From assembly GCA_026416115.1 (NCBI GenBank), contig JAOAFU010000128.1, positions 678 through 64,677 of the forward strand: 64,000 nt of DNA. Direction: 5' to 3'. This DNA is from Bacteroidales bacterium (lineage in GTDB: Bacteria > Bacteroidota > Bacteroidia > Bacteroidales > DTGW01). Within the stretch, counting starts at the first letter, position 1. Each line of letters starts with the position of its first letter. The translations under genes were made by a program, and so were the position numbers. Below the pieces are notes generated by a model. The model had not been told where the DNA came from. It saw nothing but the letters and a program-made list of their open reading frames with translations, and searched no databases. Positions 1 to 9,452 of this stretch are shown here, one piece after another.

Positions 1-1855
1 CAAATCCGTCATTCGATGCTTCCATGATTTGCATCCGTTTCAGTGCATCTTCGGAGAGTTTATGACTAGTGAGTAGGATGCAATAGCTTTGTTCGGCCCC
101 TCGACCTACTCTACCTCTAAGTTGATGTAACTGAGATAGGCCAAATCGTTCGGCATTTTCAATGACCATTACTGAGGCATTAGGCACGTTAACGCCTACC
201 TCAATGACTGTAGTTGACACTAAAATTTGGTATTTTCGTTCGATGAAACCTTTCATGGCCTCGTCTTTTTCAGAAGGTTTCATCTGACCATGAATCATGC
301 AGAGGCTATATGTAGGAGGAGGAAAGACCTTTTGAAGCTGATGGTATCCTTTTTCTAAGGCTTTGAGGTCTAATTTTTCCGATTCTTTAATAAGTGGGTA
401 AATAATGTAAACTTGTCGCCCTATGGCTATTTCTCTTTTTATCAGTTCGAAAACTTTATCCCGAAGTGCATCGGTAAAGTGTTTGGTAATGATGGGTTTT
501 CGTCCCGGTGGGAGCTCATCTATAACAGAGACATCTAAATCGCCATATAGGGTCATTGCCAGAGTACGTGGTATGGGAGTGGCAGTCATAACGAGAACAT
601 GAGGAGGAGAATCATTTTTTTGCCAGAGTTTTGCCCTTTGAGCAACTCCAAAGCGATGTTGCTCGTCGATAATGACTAGTCCTAAGTTTTTAAATTGGAC
701 AGCATCTTCGATCAATGCGTGAGTTCCGATAAGAATATGCGTACTGCCGTTGACTAAATTTTCCATCAGCTTTTCGCGCACCGATTTTTTAGTCGAACCC
801 GTTAACAATTCGATATTTATTGGTAAATTTTTTAATAAACTCACGAAACTCACGTAATGTTGGTTTGCAAGAATTTCGGTAGGCGCCATTAGGCAGGTCT
901 GAAAACCATTATCTAAAGCAATAAGCATGGTCATTAGTGCAACCAAAGTTTTTCCGCTACCTACATCACCCTGCAGGAGACGATTCATCTGATGACCCGA
1001 TCCTAAATCTTTTCGTATTTCTTTGATCACTCTTTTTTGAGCATTGGTTAGCTCGAAAGGTAAATTTTGTTGATAAAAACTATGAAAAAGATTTCCTACC
1101 TGTTTACAAATTAGGTTGGAAGGATTTTTTTTGCGGATCGACTTTTGATAGGCAAGGTTAAGCTGGATTGCAAAAAGCTCTTCAAATTTGAGTCGATATT
1201 CAGCTTTTTTAAGATTTTCAATAGAACGTGGCAAATGTATGTTCATTAAGGCTTCGCGTAATGGCAGAAGATTGAGTCGGTTTATGAGGTAGGAAGGTAG
1301 AGTTTCTTCAACTTCGTGCAAGTATTTTTCGAGGCAATAAGTAATAATTTTATGCATCCAACGAGAGGTGAGAAGATGTTTTTTCATCCGCTCAGAAGTG
1401 TTGTAATACGGTTGTAAGGCTGCTTTTTGGTTGTGTTCATCGGGTTTATAGGGTTCTATCTCGGGATGAGGGATACTATACTTACCATTGAAATAATTGG
1501 GTTTACCGAATATGATGTATGGTGTATTGAGGGTATATGTTTGTTGAACCCATTTGATTCCTTGAAACCATACTAGTTCGATCATTCCAGTTTCGTCAAC
1601 GAAAGTTGCAGTAAGACGCTTTTTAATACCTTCACCTACGGTGTTGAATGCAACTATTTTTCCGATTATTTGTAAATAGGGTAAATCGGGCGTAAGCTCT
1701 TTTATCTTATAAAAACGGCTTCTGTCGACATGTTTGTACGGGAAGTACAACAACAAATCTTCGACGGTAACTAAATTTATATCCTGGGCAAGTATTTCGG
1801 CTCGTTTTGGACCAATGCCTGGCAGAAACTGAATAGGATTTTGCAAGGAACTCAT
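1..1855 (-). CDS. recG: ATP-dependent DNA helicase RecG (N-terminal ~618 aa; C-terminus runs off the window start)
   Basis: Absent from the ORF track because it is open at the window edge. My translation from the ATG (rc of 1853-1855) gives MSSLQNPIQFLPGIGPKRAEILAQDINLVTVEDLLLYFPYKH... It later gives LLQGDVGSGKTLVALMTMLIA (helicase motif I, approx 940-1000). Confidence 0.9.
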   Translation of the reverse strand, partial: MSSLQNPIQFLPGIGPKRAEILAQDINLVTVEDLLLYFPYKHVDRSRFYKIKELTPDLPYLQIIGKIVAFNTVGEGIKKRLTATFVDETGMIELVWFQGIKWVQQTYTLNTPYIIFGKPNYFNGKYSIPHPEIEPYKPDEHNQKAALQPYYNTSERMKKHLLTSRWMHKIITYCLEKYLHEVEETLPSYLINRLNLLPLREALMNIHLPRSIENLKKAEYRLKFEELFAIQLNLAYQKSIRKKNPSNLICKQVGNLFHSFYQQNLPFELTNAQKRVIKEIRKDLGSGHQMNRLLQGDVGSGKTLVALMTMLIALDNGFQTCLMAPTEILANQHYVSFVSLLKNLPINIELLTGSTKKSVREKLMENLVNGSTHILIGTHALIEDAVQFKNLGLVIIDEQHRFGVAQRAKLWQKNDSPPHVLVMTATPIPRTLAMTLYGDLDVSVIDELPPGRKPIITKHFTDALRDKVFELIKREIAIGRQVYIIYPLIKESEKLDLKALEKGYHQLQKVFPPPTYSLCMIHGQMKPSEKDEAMKGFIERKYQILVSTTVIEVGVNVPNASVMVIENAERFGLSQLHQLRGRVGRGAEQSYCILLTSHKLSEDALKRMQIMEASNDGF

Positions 1856-1881
1856 ATTGCTTTATCGAAGTGCTAACAAAT

Positions 1882-2232
1882 TTAAGATTTTAATCCGAAC
1901 TTTTTCCTTGCTTCTAAAATTTCGTTGCGATGTTGAAGCGCCCAGTCTGAGAGATTGTTAAGTTGTACCAAAAGACTTTTACCCACAGCAGTTAATTGGT
2001 ATTCTACCCTTGGAGGTATCTCGGCAAAGTATCTTCGTTCAATTAAGCCATCTTGCTCGAGATTTCGTAAAGTTTGGGTAAGCATTTTTTGCGATATGCC
2101 GTGTATCTGGGATTTCAATTCGTTAAAGCGCATTACCTCTTTTGTCCCAAGTTTAGTAATTACATAAATTGTCCATTTATCGCCGATTCTACCAAGTACA
2201 TCCTTAATTGGGCAAAAGTTTTCTTCGCTCAT
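1882..2232 (-). CDS. HxlR-family winged-helix transcriptional regulator
   Basis: 116 aa. Shows the CPIKDVLGRIGDKWTIYVI...RFNELK...ISQKMLTQTLRNLEQDGLIERR pattern typical of HxlR/DUF24 regulators. One Cys near the N-terminus (residue 7). Confidence 0.85.
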   Translation of the reverse strand: MSEENFCPIKDVLGRIGDKWTIYVITKLGTKEVMRFNELKSQIHGISQKMLTQTLRNLEQDGLIERRYFAEIPPRVEYQLTAVGKSLLVQLNNLSDWALQHRNEILEARKKFGLKS

Positions 2233-2261
2233 TGTGAAATTTATTTTCTAAAATAATTGCA

Positions 2262-2269
2262 CAAAGGTA
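2262..2269 (-). promoter_or_regulatory. candidate sigma-A -7 box (TACCTTTG on minus strand) for hxlR
   Basis: Exact TAnnTTTG match 30 nt upstream of the hxlR start codon. Confidence 0.4.
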
Positions 2270-2292
2270 TAAACAAATTTTAGGAGTTTATG

Positions 2293-2308
2293 TTATACGA
2301 TAGTATAA
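2293..2308. promoter_or_regulatory. perfect inverted repeat TTATAC-GATA-GTATAA, candidate HxlR operator
   Basis: 6+4+6 palindrome in the hxlR/yceI divergent region. It overlaps a direct repeat AGTATAAAA (2302-2310 and 2320-2328). Confidence 0.3.
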
Positions 2309-2361
2309 AAAATAAATTAAGTATAAAATAGTAACTAATGTAAAATTTAAAAATTTGTGCT

Positions 2362-2985
2362 ATGAAAAAGTTAAACAATCTTATTCAAAAGAGTCTGACC
2401 CGCTTGGTTGGTTTTATTCTGTTTGCTTCCATTGTATCGGTGGGTTTTGTTCAAGCCCAGTCGCGTTGGCAGGTCGATAAGGCGCATTCTACAGTGAAGT
2501 TTTCAGTAGAACATCTTGTTATTTCTGAAGTTGAAGGTTCGTTTAGAAATTTTGATGGAACAATTGTTAGCAAAAATGATGATTTTACCGGTGCCGATAT
2601 CGAGTTTACCGTTGATGTTAATAGTATTAATACGGATAACGATATGCGAGATAATCATCTCAAAGGGGATGACTTTTTTAATGTAGCTAAATATCCTAAA
2701 ATGACATTTAAAAGCAAATCGTTTAAAAAAATAAGTGGTAATAAGTACGAATTGGTTGGGGATTTGACAATCAGAAATGTGACCAAAACAGTTAAGTTCG
2801 ATGTAGTATATGGCGGAACTGTTAAAGATCCATTTGGTAATACAAAAGCAGGTTTTAGGGCTTCGACGGTTATTAATCGATTTGATTATGGACTAAAATG
2901 GAATGCACTAACCGAAGCAGGGGGAGCTGTAGTAGGAAGTGATGTAAATGTAAGTTTAAAGCTTGAGTTTTCGTTAGTAAAATAA
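2362..2985 (+). CDS. YceI-family (polyisoprenoid-binding) periplasmic protein
   Basis: Signal peptide followed by WQVDKAHSTVKFSVEHLVISEVEGSFRNFDG, a YceI-like domain signature. Confidence 0.85.
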   Translation: MKKLNNLIQKSLTRLVGFILFASIVSVGFVQAQSRWQVDKAHSTVKFSVEHLVISEVEGSFRNFDGTIVSKNDDFTGADIEFTVDVNSINTDNDMRDNHLKGDDFFNVAKYPKMTFKSKSFKKISGNKYELVGDLTIRNVTKTVKFDVVYGGTVKDPFGNTKAGFRASTVINRFDYGLKWNALTEAGGAVVGSDVNVSLKLEFSLVK

Positions 2986-3009
2986 ATATCTAATAATCTT
3001 AAATTAGAC

Positions 3010-3046
3010 AATGAGAAGGCAGGCAATTTAAGCCTGCTTTCTCATT
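3010..3046. terminator. bidirectional hairpin between convergent yceI and susD-like genes
   Basis: AATGAGAAGGCAGGC / GCCTGCTTTCTCATT forms a 15-bp stem with one G-T pair and a 7-nt loop AATTTAA. There is no strong T tract. Confidence 0.65.
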
Positions 3047-3108
3047 AAAATATAGTGCCATTTATCGAGCAATAATTAAGTATGCTTAGCTAATTGGTCG
3101 TAAAATGT

Positions 3109-4731
3109 CTAATCAATGTTCCAACCCTCGTTTTGTTTAAGAGCTCCGTTCATAAGATTGATTTGCCCCCAGGGTATTGGTAGTAATCCTTTTGTTTCGG
3201 GTCTAAAAAATTGCTCGAAGGGGGTCAAGGTTTCAATATTATTTTTAGCATAGCTGAAATTTCCGTTTATTCCGTCGTACCGTAAAAGGTCCCAGTATCT
3301 TTGGCCTTCAAGCGCTAGCTCGTGTCTTCTTTCTTCAAAAATTAGATTTTTACCGTTCTGATCATTGGTTAGGTTTTTAGGAGGAGGATTTCCATTAAAG
3401 GCTCTATTGCGAACCATATTGTAATAATTTTGTGCTTTACCAAGATCAGTATCAAGGAAAATTTCAGCAGCCATTAGCAAAACATCTGCGAAGCGAATGT
3501 CGGCATAATCTTCGAAGTTGTCGTTGATGTAATTACCTCCCATAGATTCCACTAATCTTATACCATTGGGTGTCTCTAGCGGACAGTATTTTTTCCAGGT
3601 AAAACCGGTAAATTCGCGCATGTCGCTTATATCTAGTGGTTCAGCAAGCTTCATGCTATCCCAGCAGATTATAGAGGCATCGCGTCTTGTGTCGCCAGCT
3701 TCATATGAGTTGTATAAACGTGGGTCGACAGTAGCTGCACCCCAACCCTCACCGAAAGGATAGTGATATTCGGGGTGTTTTTGAGCACGGATGCCAACCA
3801 TAATTTGCCACTGCGCGCCGTTTTGTTGTTTCAAATCGCCATAACCCTTGTAGGTGTATTTAATTGCAAACACAACTTCATCATTACATTCACCTGCATA
3901 GGTTGGAGAGTATAGCCACAGGTCGGAATACTTTGACAGCAGTTTATGTCCACTGTTTTGAATGACGTCCTCTAAATATTCTTGAACATCATTTTTTGTA
4001 ACAATGCCAGCAATATCTGGTTTGTTGTAATAACCCGTGTAAAACAGAAAAACACGACCCATAAGAGCCTCAGCAGCCCATTTAGTAGCTCTTCCGCCGT
4101 TTGTTTTTGCGAAGGAGGCTGAATATTTTTCATTAGGCAGATTTTCGATGGCAAATTTTAAATCTTGGGCAATTAGTTTGTATACCTCTTCAGGTTCTGC
4201 CTGAGGAACATTCATTTGGTTAGGATCTACAGGCTTATCGAGTAATGGGACATTACCATAAAGTCGCACCACATCGAAATAAAAATGCGCTCTGAGGAAT
4301 CGAGCTTCGGCAATTACTTGGTTTTTTTTCTCGGGTGCTGCTTTCCAGTCGATTTTGTCGATATTCTGTAACAATACATTTGCTCTGTAAATACCGTACC
4401 AATATCGTTGCCATAACAAATCTGATGGATTGTAGAACCCGTGATAATCGAAATCGTCCCATACCTGATAACGCATATCGTCTGCTGCACCACATCCCCC
4501 ATAACAGTTGTCCGACATTACTTCAGATACAACAATCATATGATCATAATATCCCCAGTTGAGAACACTGTATGTTGCGACAAGTGCTTTTTGGGCATCA
4601 TCGGGAGTTTTATAAAAGTTTCCTACCACCTGTAGGTTATATGGATGAGTATCAAGTAGCTCTTCCTTGCAACCATAAAAAAGTATAAGAATGGAACTTA
4701 TAATGATAAGTTTGTGATTGATTGTTTTCAT
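3109..4731 (-). CDS. SusD/RagB-family nutrient-binding outer-membrane lipoprotein
   Basis: Lipoprotein signal (ILFYGC). Typical SusD-like length and motifs (YRANVLLQNI, RFLRAHFYFDVVRLYGNVPL). Lies immediately downstream of the SusC-like gene. Confidence 0.9.
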   Translation of the reverse strand: MKTINHKLIIISSILILFYGCKEELLDTHPYNLQVVGNFYKTPDDAQKALVATYSVLNWGYYDHMIVVSEVMSDNCYGGCGAADDMRYQVWDDFDYHGFYNPSDLLWQRYWYGIYRANVLLQNIDKIDWKAAPEKKNQVIAEARFLRAHFYFDVVRLYGNVPLLDKPVDPNQMNVPQAEPEEVYKLIAQDLKFAIENLPNEKYSASFAKTNGGRATKWAAEALMGRVFLFYTGYYNKPDIAGIVTKNDVQEYLEDVIQNSGHKLLSKYSDLWLYSPTYAGECNDEVVFAIKYTYKGYGDLKQQNGAQWQIMVGIRAQKHPEYHYPFGEGWGAATVDPRLYNSYEAGDTRRDASIICWDSMKLAEPLDISDMREFTGFTWKKYCPLETPNGIRLVESMGGNYINDNFEDYADIRFADVLLMAAEIFLDTDLGKAQNYYNMVRNRAFNGNPPPKNLTNDQNGKNLIFEERRHELALEGQRYWDLLRYDGINGNFSYAKNNIETLTPFEQFFRPETKGLLPIPWGQINLMNGALKQNEGWNID

Positions 4732-4741
4732 AGTTTTTTTG

Positions 4742-7700
4742 TTAGAAAGTTAACTGAAGACCTGCAAGAAATGACATAGGAATGGGGTAATAACCAATGT
4801 CGATACCTGTTGAAAAGTTTTCATAACGATTGGGGTCGTAGTTTCCATAACCTACTTCAGGGTCCATGCCAGGATATTTAGTCATTGTCCAAACATTGAG
4901 TGCAGCAATATAAATTCTGCATTTTTTTACTTTGCCTTTTAAAACAGAATGGGAAAGGTCATAGCCTAAATTAATGCTTCTAATTTTCAGGTAACTTCCG
5001 TCGTAAAGCATAAGATCGGAGAATCTTTGAGAATTTAAGTTTCTATCACCAGCAACAGTCGTAACTCTTGGCAATCGGTTGGATGTTCCGTCTCCATGCC
5101 AGCGGTTAAGGATATCTTTGGTATAGTTTTTCCAGTCTCTTTCGTTATCCCTTAAATTGTAAGCTATTTCGTTGCCATATACACCCTGAGCTGTAATTGA
5201 CAAGTCAAGCCCTTTGTAGGCAAAGCTAATGTTAAGACCAAAAGTGTAATCGGGCCAAGGGCTACCGAGCATTGTCATGTCTTTCTCATTAAGAACGGTA
5301 TCGCCATTAAGGTCGACAAATCGAATATCTCCGGGAACAGCATTATTTTGCAAGAAAATTTTCTTACCGTTTGCGTCAACCCTGTAGGGCTGATTAACTA
5401 CTACGTAACGTTTTTTGGTTTGATTTGGATCGAGGATAGAGTCAGCATCGCTGGTTTGAAATATCCCATTTGTTTTGTAACCGTAAAAATAACCAATAGG
5501 ATAACCTACCTGAGCGCGATAAAATTCGGGAGAAGAATGCCAGAGAACACTTTGGTCGCCTTTGATAATTCCTTCTGGATTGTTTATGCTAGTTACTTTG
5601 TTCTTATTATACGAGCAATTACCTTCGATACGGAAGCTAAAATCGGACATAACCCTTTGATAACCTATACTTACCTCAAAACCTCGGTTTTGCACATCTC
5701 CTCCATTTTTATATATTTTCATAGTTGCTAGACCTGGATTGTTTCCTGCTCCAACAATATCGGGAACTGGAACTGCTACAAGCCAGTCTTTGGTTTTTTT
5801 ATCATAAATATCGAAAGTTAAGAAGAAATACTTTAGAAAACGAGCATCGAAACCTAAATCGGTTTGTTCTGACGTTTCCCATTTTAATTTGGGATTTTGA
5901 ATATTTTCGGGAGAGGTCCCATAGCTCTGAGTTTCGTCGGTTCCGAAGTAATAATTGCGGTATTGTGATGAAAGGGTGGCTTCATAGAGGAAATCGGGCA
6001 ACTGGTCATTTCCGTTTTGACCCCAGCTTGCGCGGATTTTCAGAAAATCGAGACCATTTATTTTGAAGAATTCTTCCTGGGTGATAATCCATCCGGCAGA
6101 AAGGGATGGGAAATTACCCCACCGGTTTTCGGGGCCAAATCTTGAGGAACCATCGCGTCTGAAAGTGAAACTAAAAAGATACTTTTCTGCAAAGTTGTAA
6201 TTAAGTCTTCCGAAGTAGGAGAGAAGAACCCTTTTCAGTTTAGTGCCCGATGTTTTTTGGGTAGCATCTACAGTGCCGTTATCTATAATGGCATGATCGA
6301 GATCGTCAAATATTTGTCCTTCCTTTTTACCCCAAACGTAATAGCGGTTGTAGTTCCAAAAAGTATTTCCTAATAACGCATTAAATTGGTGATTTCCAAT
6401 AATTTTGCTGTAACTGATAGTGTTTTCAAAATTTGTAGCAAAATTCATCTCAATGCTTTGTATTGCGTAGGAGAAAGCATTTCGGTCGGTAGGGTTTAAG
6501 AAATAATATGGTCTATATTCATTGTAATTTCGATACGATAGATCAATGCCAAGATCTGATTTAAATTTTAAATCTTTAAATAATTCTATTTCCCCAAATA
6601 CATTCCCTACGAGCTGATGTTGTTTGTTCTCATTTATGTACTTATAATTCATCGAAGCAAGTGGGTTTGATTCGTCGGCAATTGGAGATATTCCAAAATG
6701 GTCAAGGCTATCTGGTTCGGGGCGTGAGTAATCGTAAGCTGGATAAATAGGAGTTGCGTTTGCAAAAGAGCGAACTACGTTATTGTATTTGTCTCCTACT
6801 CCGAGTCCTTTCTTTAAGTTGTATGAATATACAAGGTTTTGACCGACGGAGAGTTTTTCTAGGATTTTGTTTTCATTGTTAAATCGAGCCGAAATTCGAT
6901 CAAAACGCGACTGGCTTGCTGAACCAATTATGCCGTTTTGAGTGTAATATGAGACTGACGATGAATAGGAGCTTTTTTCGGTTGCTTTGTTTATATTAAT
7001 TGAAACGCTTTTCATTGGAGCGTTATTTGTGAAAAGATAATCCATCCAGTTTGTACCTTCTCCAATTGAATCTATGTATTCGTTGGAGTATTTAGGTGCT
7101 CTTCCTGCGTTAGCGTATGCTTCGTTGATGATCATACAATATTCACGTGCATTCAGCATTTCTAACTTCTTGTAGGCATTCTGAACCCCATAATATGCAT
7201 CGAAATTTACATTCATGGTCCCTTCTTTTGCTTTTTTGGTAGAAATTAGAATAACACCATTGGCTGCTCTTGTTCCGTAAATCGCTGCAGAAGCAGCATC
7301 TTTTAGAACGTCAACAGATTCAATGTCGGATGGATTTAGATAGCTTATATCTTGAACAGGTATCCCGTCGACAATATAAATAGGATCGGAATTGCCTACC
7401 GTGCCAACTCCCCTAATTCGAACTTTTACATTTTCTCCTGGTTGACCCGAGTTTGAAACAATCAAAACCCCAGGAGTCGAACCTTGCAGGGCTTGTTCAA
7501 CTCGAAGGCTGTGCATTTTTTCTATACTTTCGTTGGATACGTGTACATTGGCTCCAGTAGTTAATTTCTTTTTTTGGGTTCCGTAGCCAATAACTACTAC
7601 TTCTTCAAGCTTTGAAAGTTCTTCTTTTAGCGTAACATTAATGATGGGATTGTCCGATACTTCCATTTCTTTAGAAGCGTAGCCAACATAAGAAAACACA

Positions 7701-7930
7701 AGAGTTGTACCTTTGCTTGGCACTTCAATTTGAAATCGACCATTGGAATCGGTAACTGTACCTCGTGTGCTTCCCTTTACTACAACATTTACACCTATAA
7801 GTGGCGATCCTGTCTCGTCTGTAACGCTTCCGCTTATTGAAATCGGTTGTGAAAAAGATAAGACAGGAAATAATACATGCAACAATACAATTGTGCATAG
7901 TTTCAGAAGTAAGTGTTTTAAATTTTTCAT
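4742..7930 (-). CDS. SusC/RagA-family TonB-dependent outer-membrane transporter
   Basis: CarboxypepD_reg-like N-terminus (ISGSVTDETGSPLIGVNVVVKG..TDSNGRFQI), plug domain, and a beta-barrel ending in ...AGLQLTF. The track ORF extends to 7975. I prefer the MKNLKHLLL start at 7930 because a -7 box lies at 7954-7961. Confidence 0.9.
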   Translation of the reverse strand: MKNLKHLLLKLCTIVLLHVLFPVLSFSQPISISGSVTDETGSPLIGVNVVVKGSTRGTVTDSNGRFQIEVPSKGTTLVFSYVGYASKEMEVSDNPIINVTLKEELSKLEEVVVIGYGTQKKKLTTGANVHVSNESIEKMHSLRVEQALQGSTPGVLIVSNSGQPGENVKVRIRGVGTVGNSDPIYIVDGIPVQDISYLNPSDIESVDVLKDAASAAIYGTRAANGVILISTKKAKEGTMNVNFDAYYGVQNAYKKLEMLNAREYCMIINEAYANAGRAPKYSNEYIDSIGEGTNWMDYLFTNNAPMKSVSININKATEKSSYSSSVSYYTQNGIIGSASQSRFDRISARFNNENKILEKLSVGQNLVYSYNLKKGLGVGDKYNNVVRSFANATPIYPAYDYSRPEPDSLDHFGISPIADESNPLASMNYKYINENKQHQLVGNVFGEIELFKDLKFKSDLGIDLSYRNYNEYRPYYFLNPTDRNAFSYAIQSIEMNFATNFENTISYSKIIGNHQFNALLGNTFWNYNRYYVWGKKEGQIFDDLDHAIIDNGTVDATQKTSGTKLKRVLLSYFGRLNYNFAEKYLFSFTFRRDGSSRFGPENRWGNFPSLSAGWIITQEEFFKINGLDFLKIRASWGQNGNDQLPDFLYEATLSSQYRNYYFGTDETQSYGTSPENIQNPKLKWETSEQTDLGFDARFLKYFFLTFDIYDKKTKDWLVAVPVPDIVGAGNNPGLATMKIYKNGGDVQNRGFEVSIGYQRVMSDFSFRIEGNCSYNKNKVTSINNPEGIIKGDQSVLWHSSPEFYRAQVGYPIGYFYGYKTNGIFQTSDADSILDPNQTKKRYVVVNQPYRVDANGKKIFLQNNAVPGDIRFVDLNGDTVLNEKDMTMLGSPWPDYTFGLNISFAYKGLDLSITAQGVYGNEIAYNLRDNERDWKNYTKDILNRWHGDGTSNRLPRVTTVAGDRNLNSQRFSDLMLYDGSYLKIRSINLGYDLSHSVLKGKVKKCRIYIAALNVWTMTKYPGMDPEVGYGNYDPNRYENFSTGIDIGYYPIPMSFLAGLQLTF

Positions 7931-7953
7931 AGAGAAGTTGGTTAGTGTTTTCT

Positions 7954-7961
7954 CAAAATTA
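7954..7961 (-). promoter_or_regulatory. candidate -7 box (TAATTTTG) for the susC/susD-like operon
   Basis: Exact TAnnTTTG match 24 nt upstream of the ATG at 7930. Confidence 0.4.
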
Positions 7962-8009
7962 GACACATTTTCCATTTATGTTTTGGAAATTAAAGTAAAA
8001 ATGAATCTT

Positions 8010-8028
8010 AAGTGTTAAAATAACACTT
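8010..8028 (-). terminator. weak hairpin downstream of the antiporter gene
   Basis: AAGTGTTA / TAACACTT forms an 8-bp stem with a 3-nt loop, 10 nt after the stop. AT-rich and without a clean T tract. Confidence 0.25.
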
Positions 8029-8037
8029 TACTTTCGA

Positions 8038-9204
8038 CTAATTTTTATATTTACCCTTTACTAACCCAATAGCCATAAACAATACGGAAAAAACAACCAC
8101 CTGAACAACCAATGAGCTATTGATTGTTGGAATTGACATGGTTGATGGAATAGAAATGAATAATAAGATAGAAATAAGTCCTCGTGGAGCAATAAAAAAT
8201 ATGGGGTTTAATGGTATTCTAAAAAACTTAAGTAACAAACCTCGACTCAAGTATATCATTAGCATAACACCTAAAGTCCATTCCAGAGTATTAAGATTAA
8301 TTATTTCTTTAGCCTGAATAACAAAACCAAAGGTGGTAAAAAACATTGAACGAACCAAAAAGGTAATCTCCGAGAGAATCTCCTTAAATTTTCCTATTTC
8401 GCTGCTAAGAGCTTCGGGCTGTAACTTTCTTATAAAAGATAATTGGGTTAGTTTATTCAAATTGGCCAATGTTAAACCTAATATCAAAACTAAGAGTAAT
8501 GATGGCAAATGGAAGCTTTTGGTAACAGCATAGGATAAAATAATAAATAGTATAATGGGGATGTATTTTACATGAAATTTCAGATTTTTCAGCAACATTA
8601 ATAGGAAAATGGTAACTACTGCCGAGATAGCAAACATTAAAACAATCTGAATAGCAAAATTCCCAATGGTTGACAATCCATAATTTTCGTTAAAGACAAG
8701 GAAGTTAAATAATATTACTCCAAAAATATCTGAAATACTACTTTCGTATGTTACAAACTCTTGTTGATTTTTAGGTAAAAAACGACTGCTTGGAATAGCA
8801 ATAGCACTGCTAATAATAGCCAATGGTATAGCATTAACCAAACATATTTTGAAGCTCACATTGGTTTGCCAGTGTAGTATGAATCCAATTATAAAGCTAA
8901 TTATCACAACCGACAATATGGCTATTGTCGATGATGAAATGGTTAATTGTAATTTGTCTCTATTAATTTCTAATTCGAGAGCGCCCTCCAAAACTATTAG
9001 AATTAAACCAATTGTTCCAAGTATAGGTAGGATTAAATCAATATTTGAAATATCCAGGTTGAAATAATTAACAAATTGGCGTATTGTCCAACCCAGCATG
9101 AGAAGAAAGATAACGGAAGGTATTTTTGTTTTAATTGACGAGAGCTCGAAAAAGTAAGCAGTTAACAGAATTAAGGATATTGCAATGATGATACCTATAA
9201 TCAT
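8038..9204 (-). CDS. cation:proton antiporter family membrane protein
   Basis: 388 aa and polytopic. Resembles the Na+/H+ exchanger-like transporter family by hydrophobic pattern. Family-level call only. Confidence 0.7.
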   Translation of the reverse strand: MIIGIIIAISLILLTAYFFELSSIKTKIPSVIFLLMLGWTIRQFVNYFNLDISNIDLILPILGTIGLILIVLEGALELEINRDKLQLTISSSTIAILSVVIISFIIGFILHWQTNVSFKICLVNAIPLAIISSAIAIPSSRFLPKNQQEFVTYESSISDIFGVILFNFLVFNENYGLSTIGNFAIQIVLMFAISAVVTIFLLMLLKNLKFHVKYIPIILFIILSYAVTKSFHLPSLLLVLILGLTLANLNKLTQLSFIRKLQPEALSSEIGKFKEILSEITFLVRSMFFTTFGFVIQAKEIINLNTLEWTLGVMLMIYLSRGLLLKFFRIPLNPIFFIAPRGLISILLFISIPSTMSIPTINSSLVVQVVVFSVLFMAIGLVKGKYKN

Positions 9205-9261
9205 ATTATCTTTCTTAACTCTACTTTTTATTGTGTGTAGTTTAAAAGTCTCATATTATTA

Positions 9262-9269
9262 CAAATGTA
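9262..9269 (-). promoter_or_regulatory. candidate -7 box (TACATTTG) for the antiporter gene
   Basis: Exact TAnnTTTG match 58 nt upstream of the start. Confidence 0.35.
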
Positions 9270-9386
9270 GCAATTCTCCTTTTAGCTAGCTGAACATTTG
9301 TGAAATGTTTTGGGATGTATTATTAATTGAGCAAAATTTTGCATTTAAATGAATAAATCATGTTGCTCGACTAAGCTTTAAAAGTT

Positions 9387-9409
9387 AAAAAAAATATCCT
9401 TGTGATATT
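9387..9409 (-). terminator. weak intrinsic terminator after cinA
   Basis: The minus strand reads AATATC-ACAAG-GATATT followed by T7. The stem is only 6 bp and AT-rich. Confidence 0.3.
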
Positions 9410-9452
9410 GTTGAAAAAACTTTTCGTGTATCGACAAATTTTTAGGATATGC

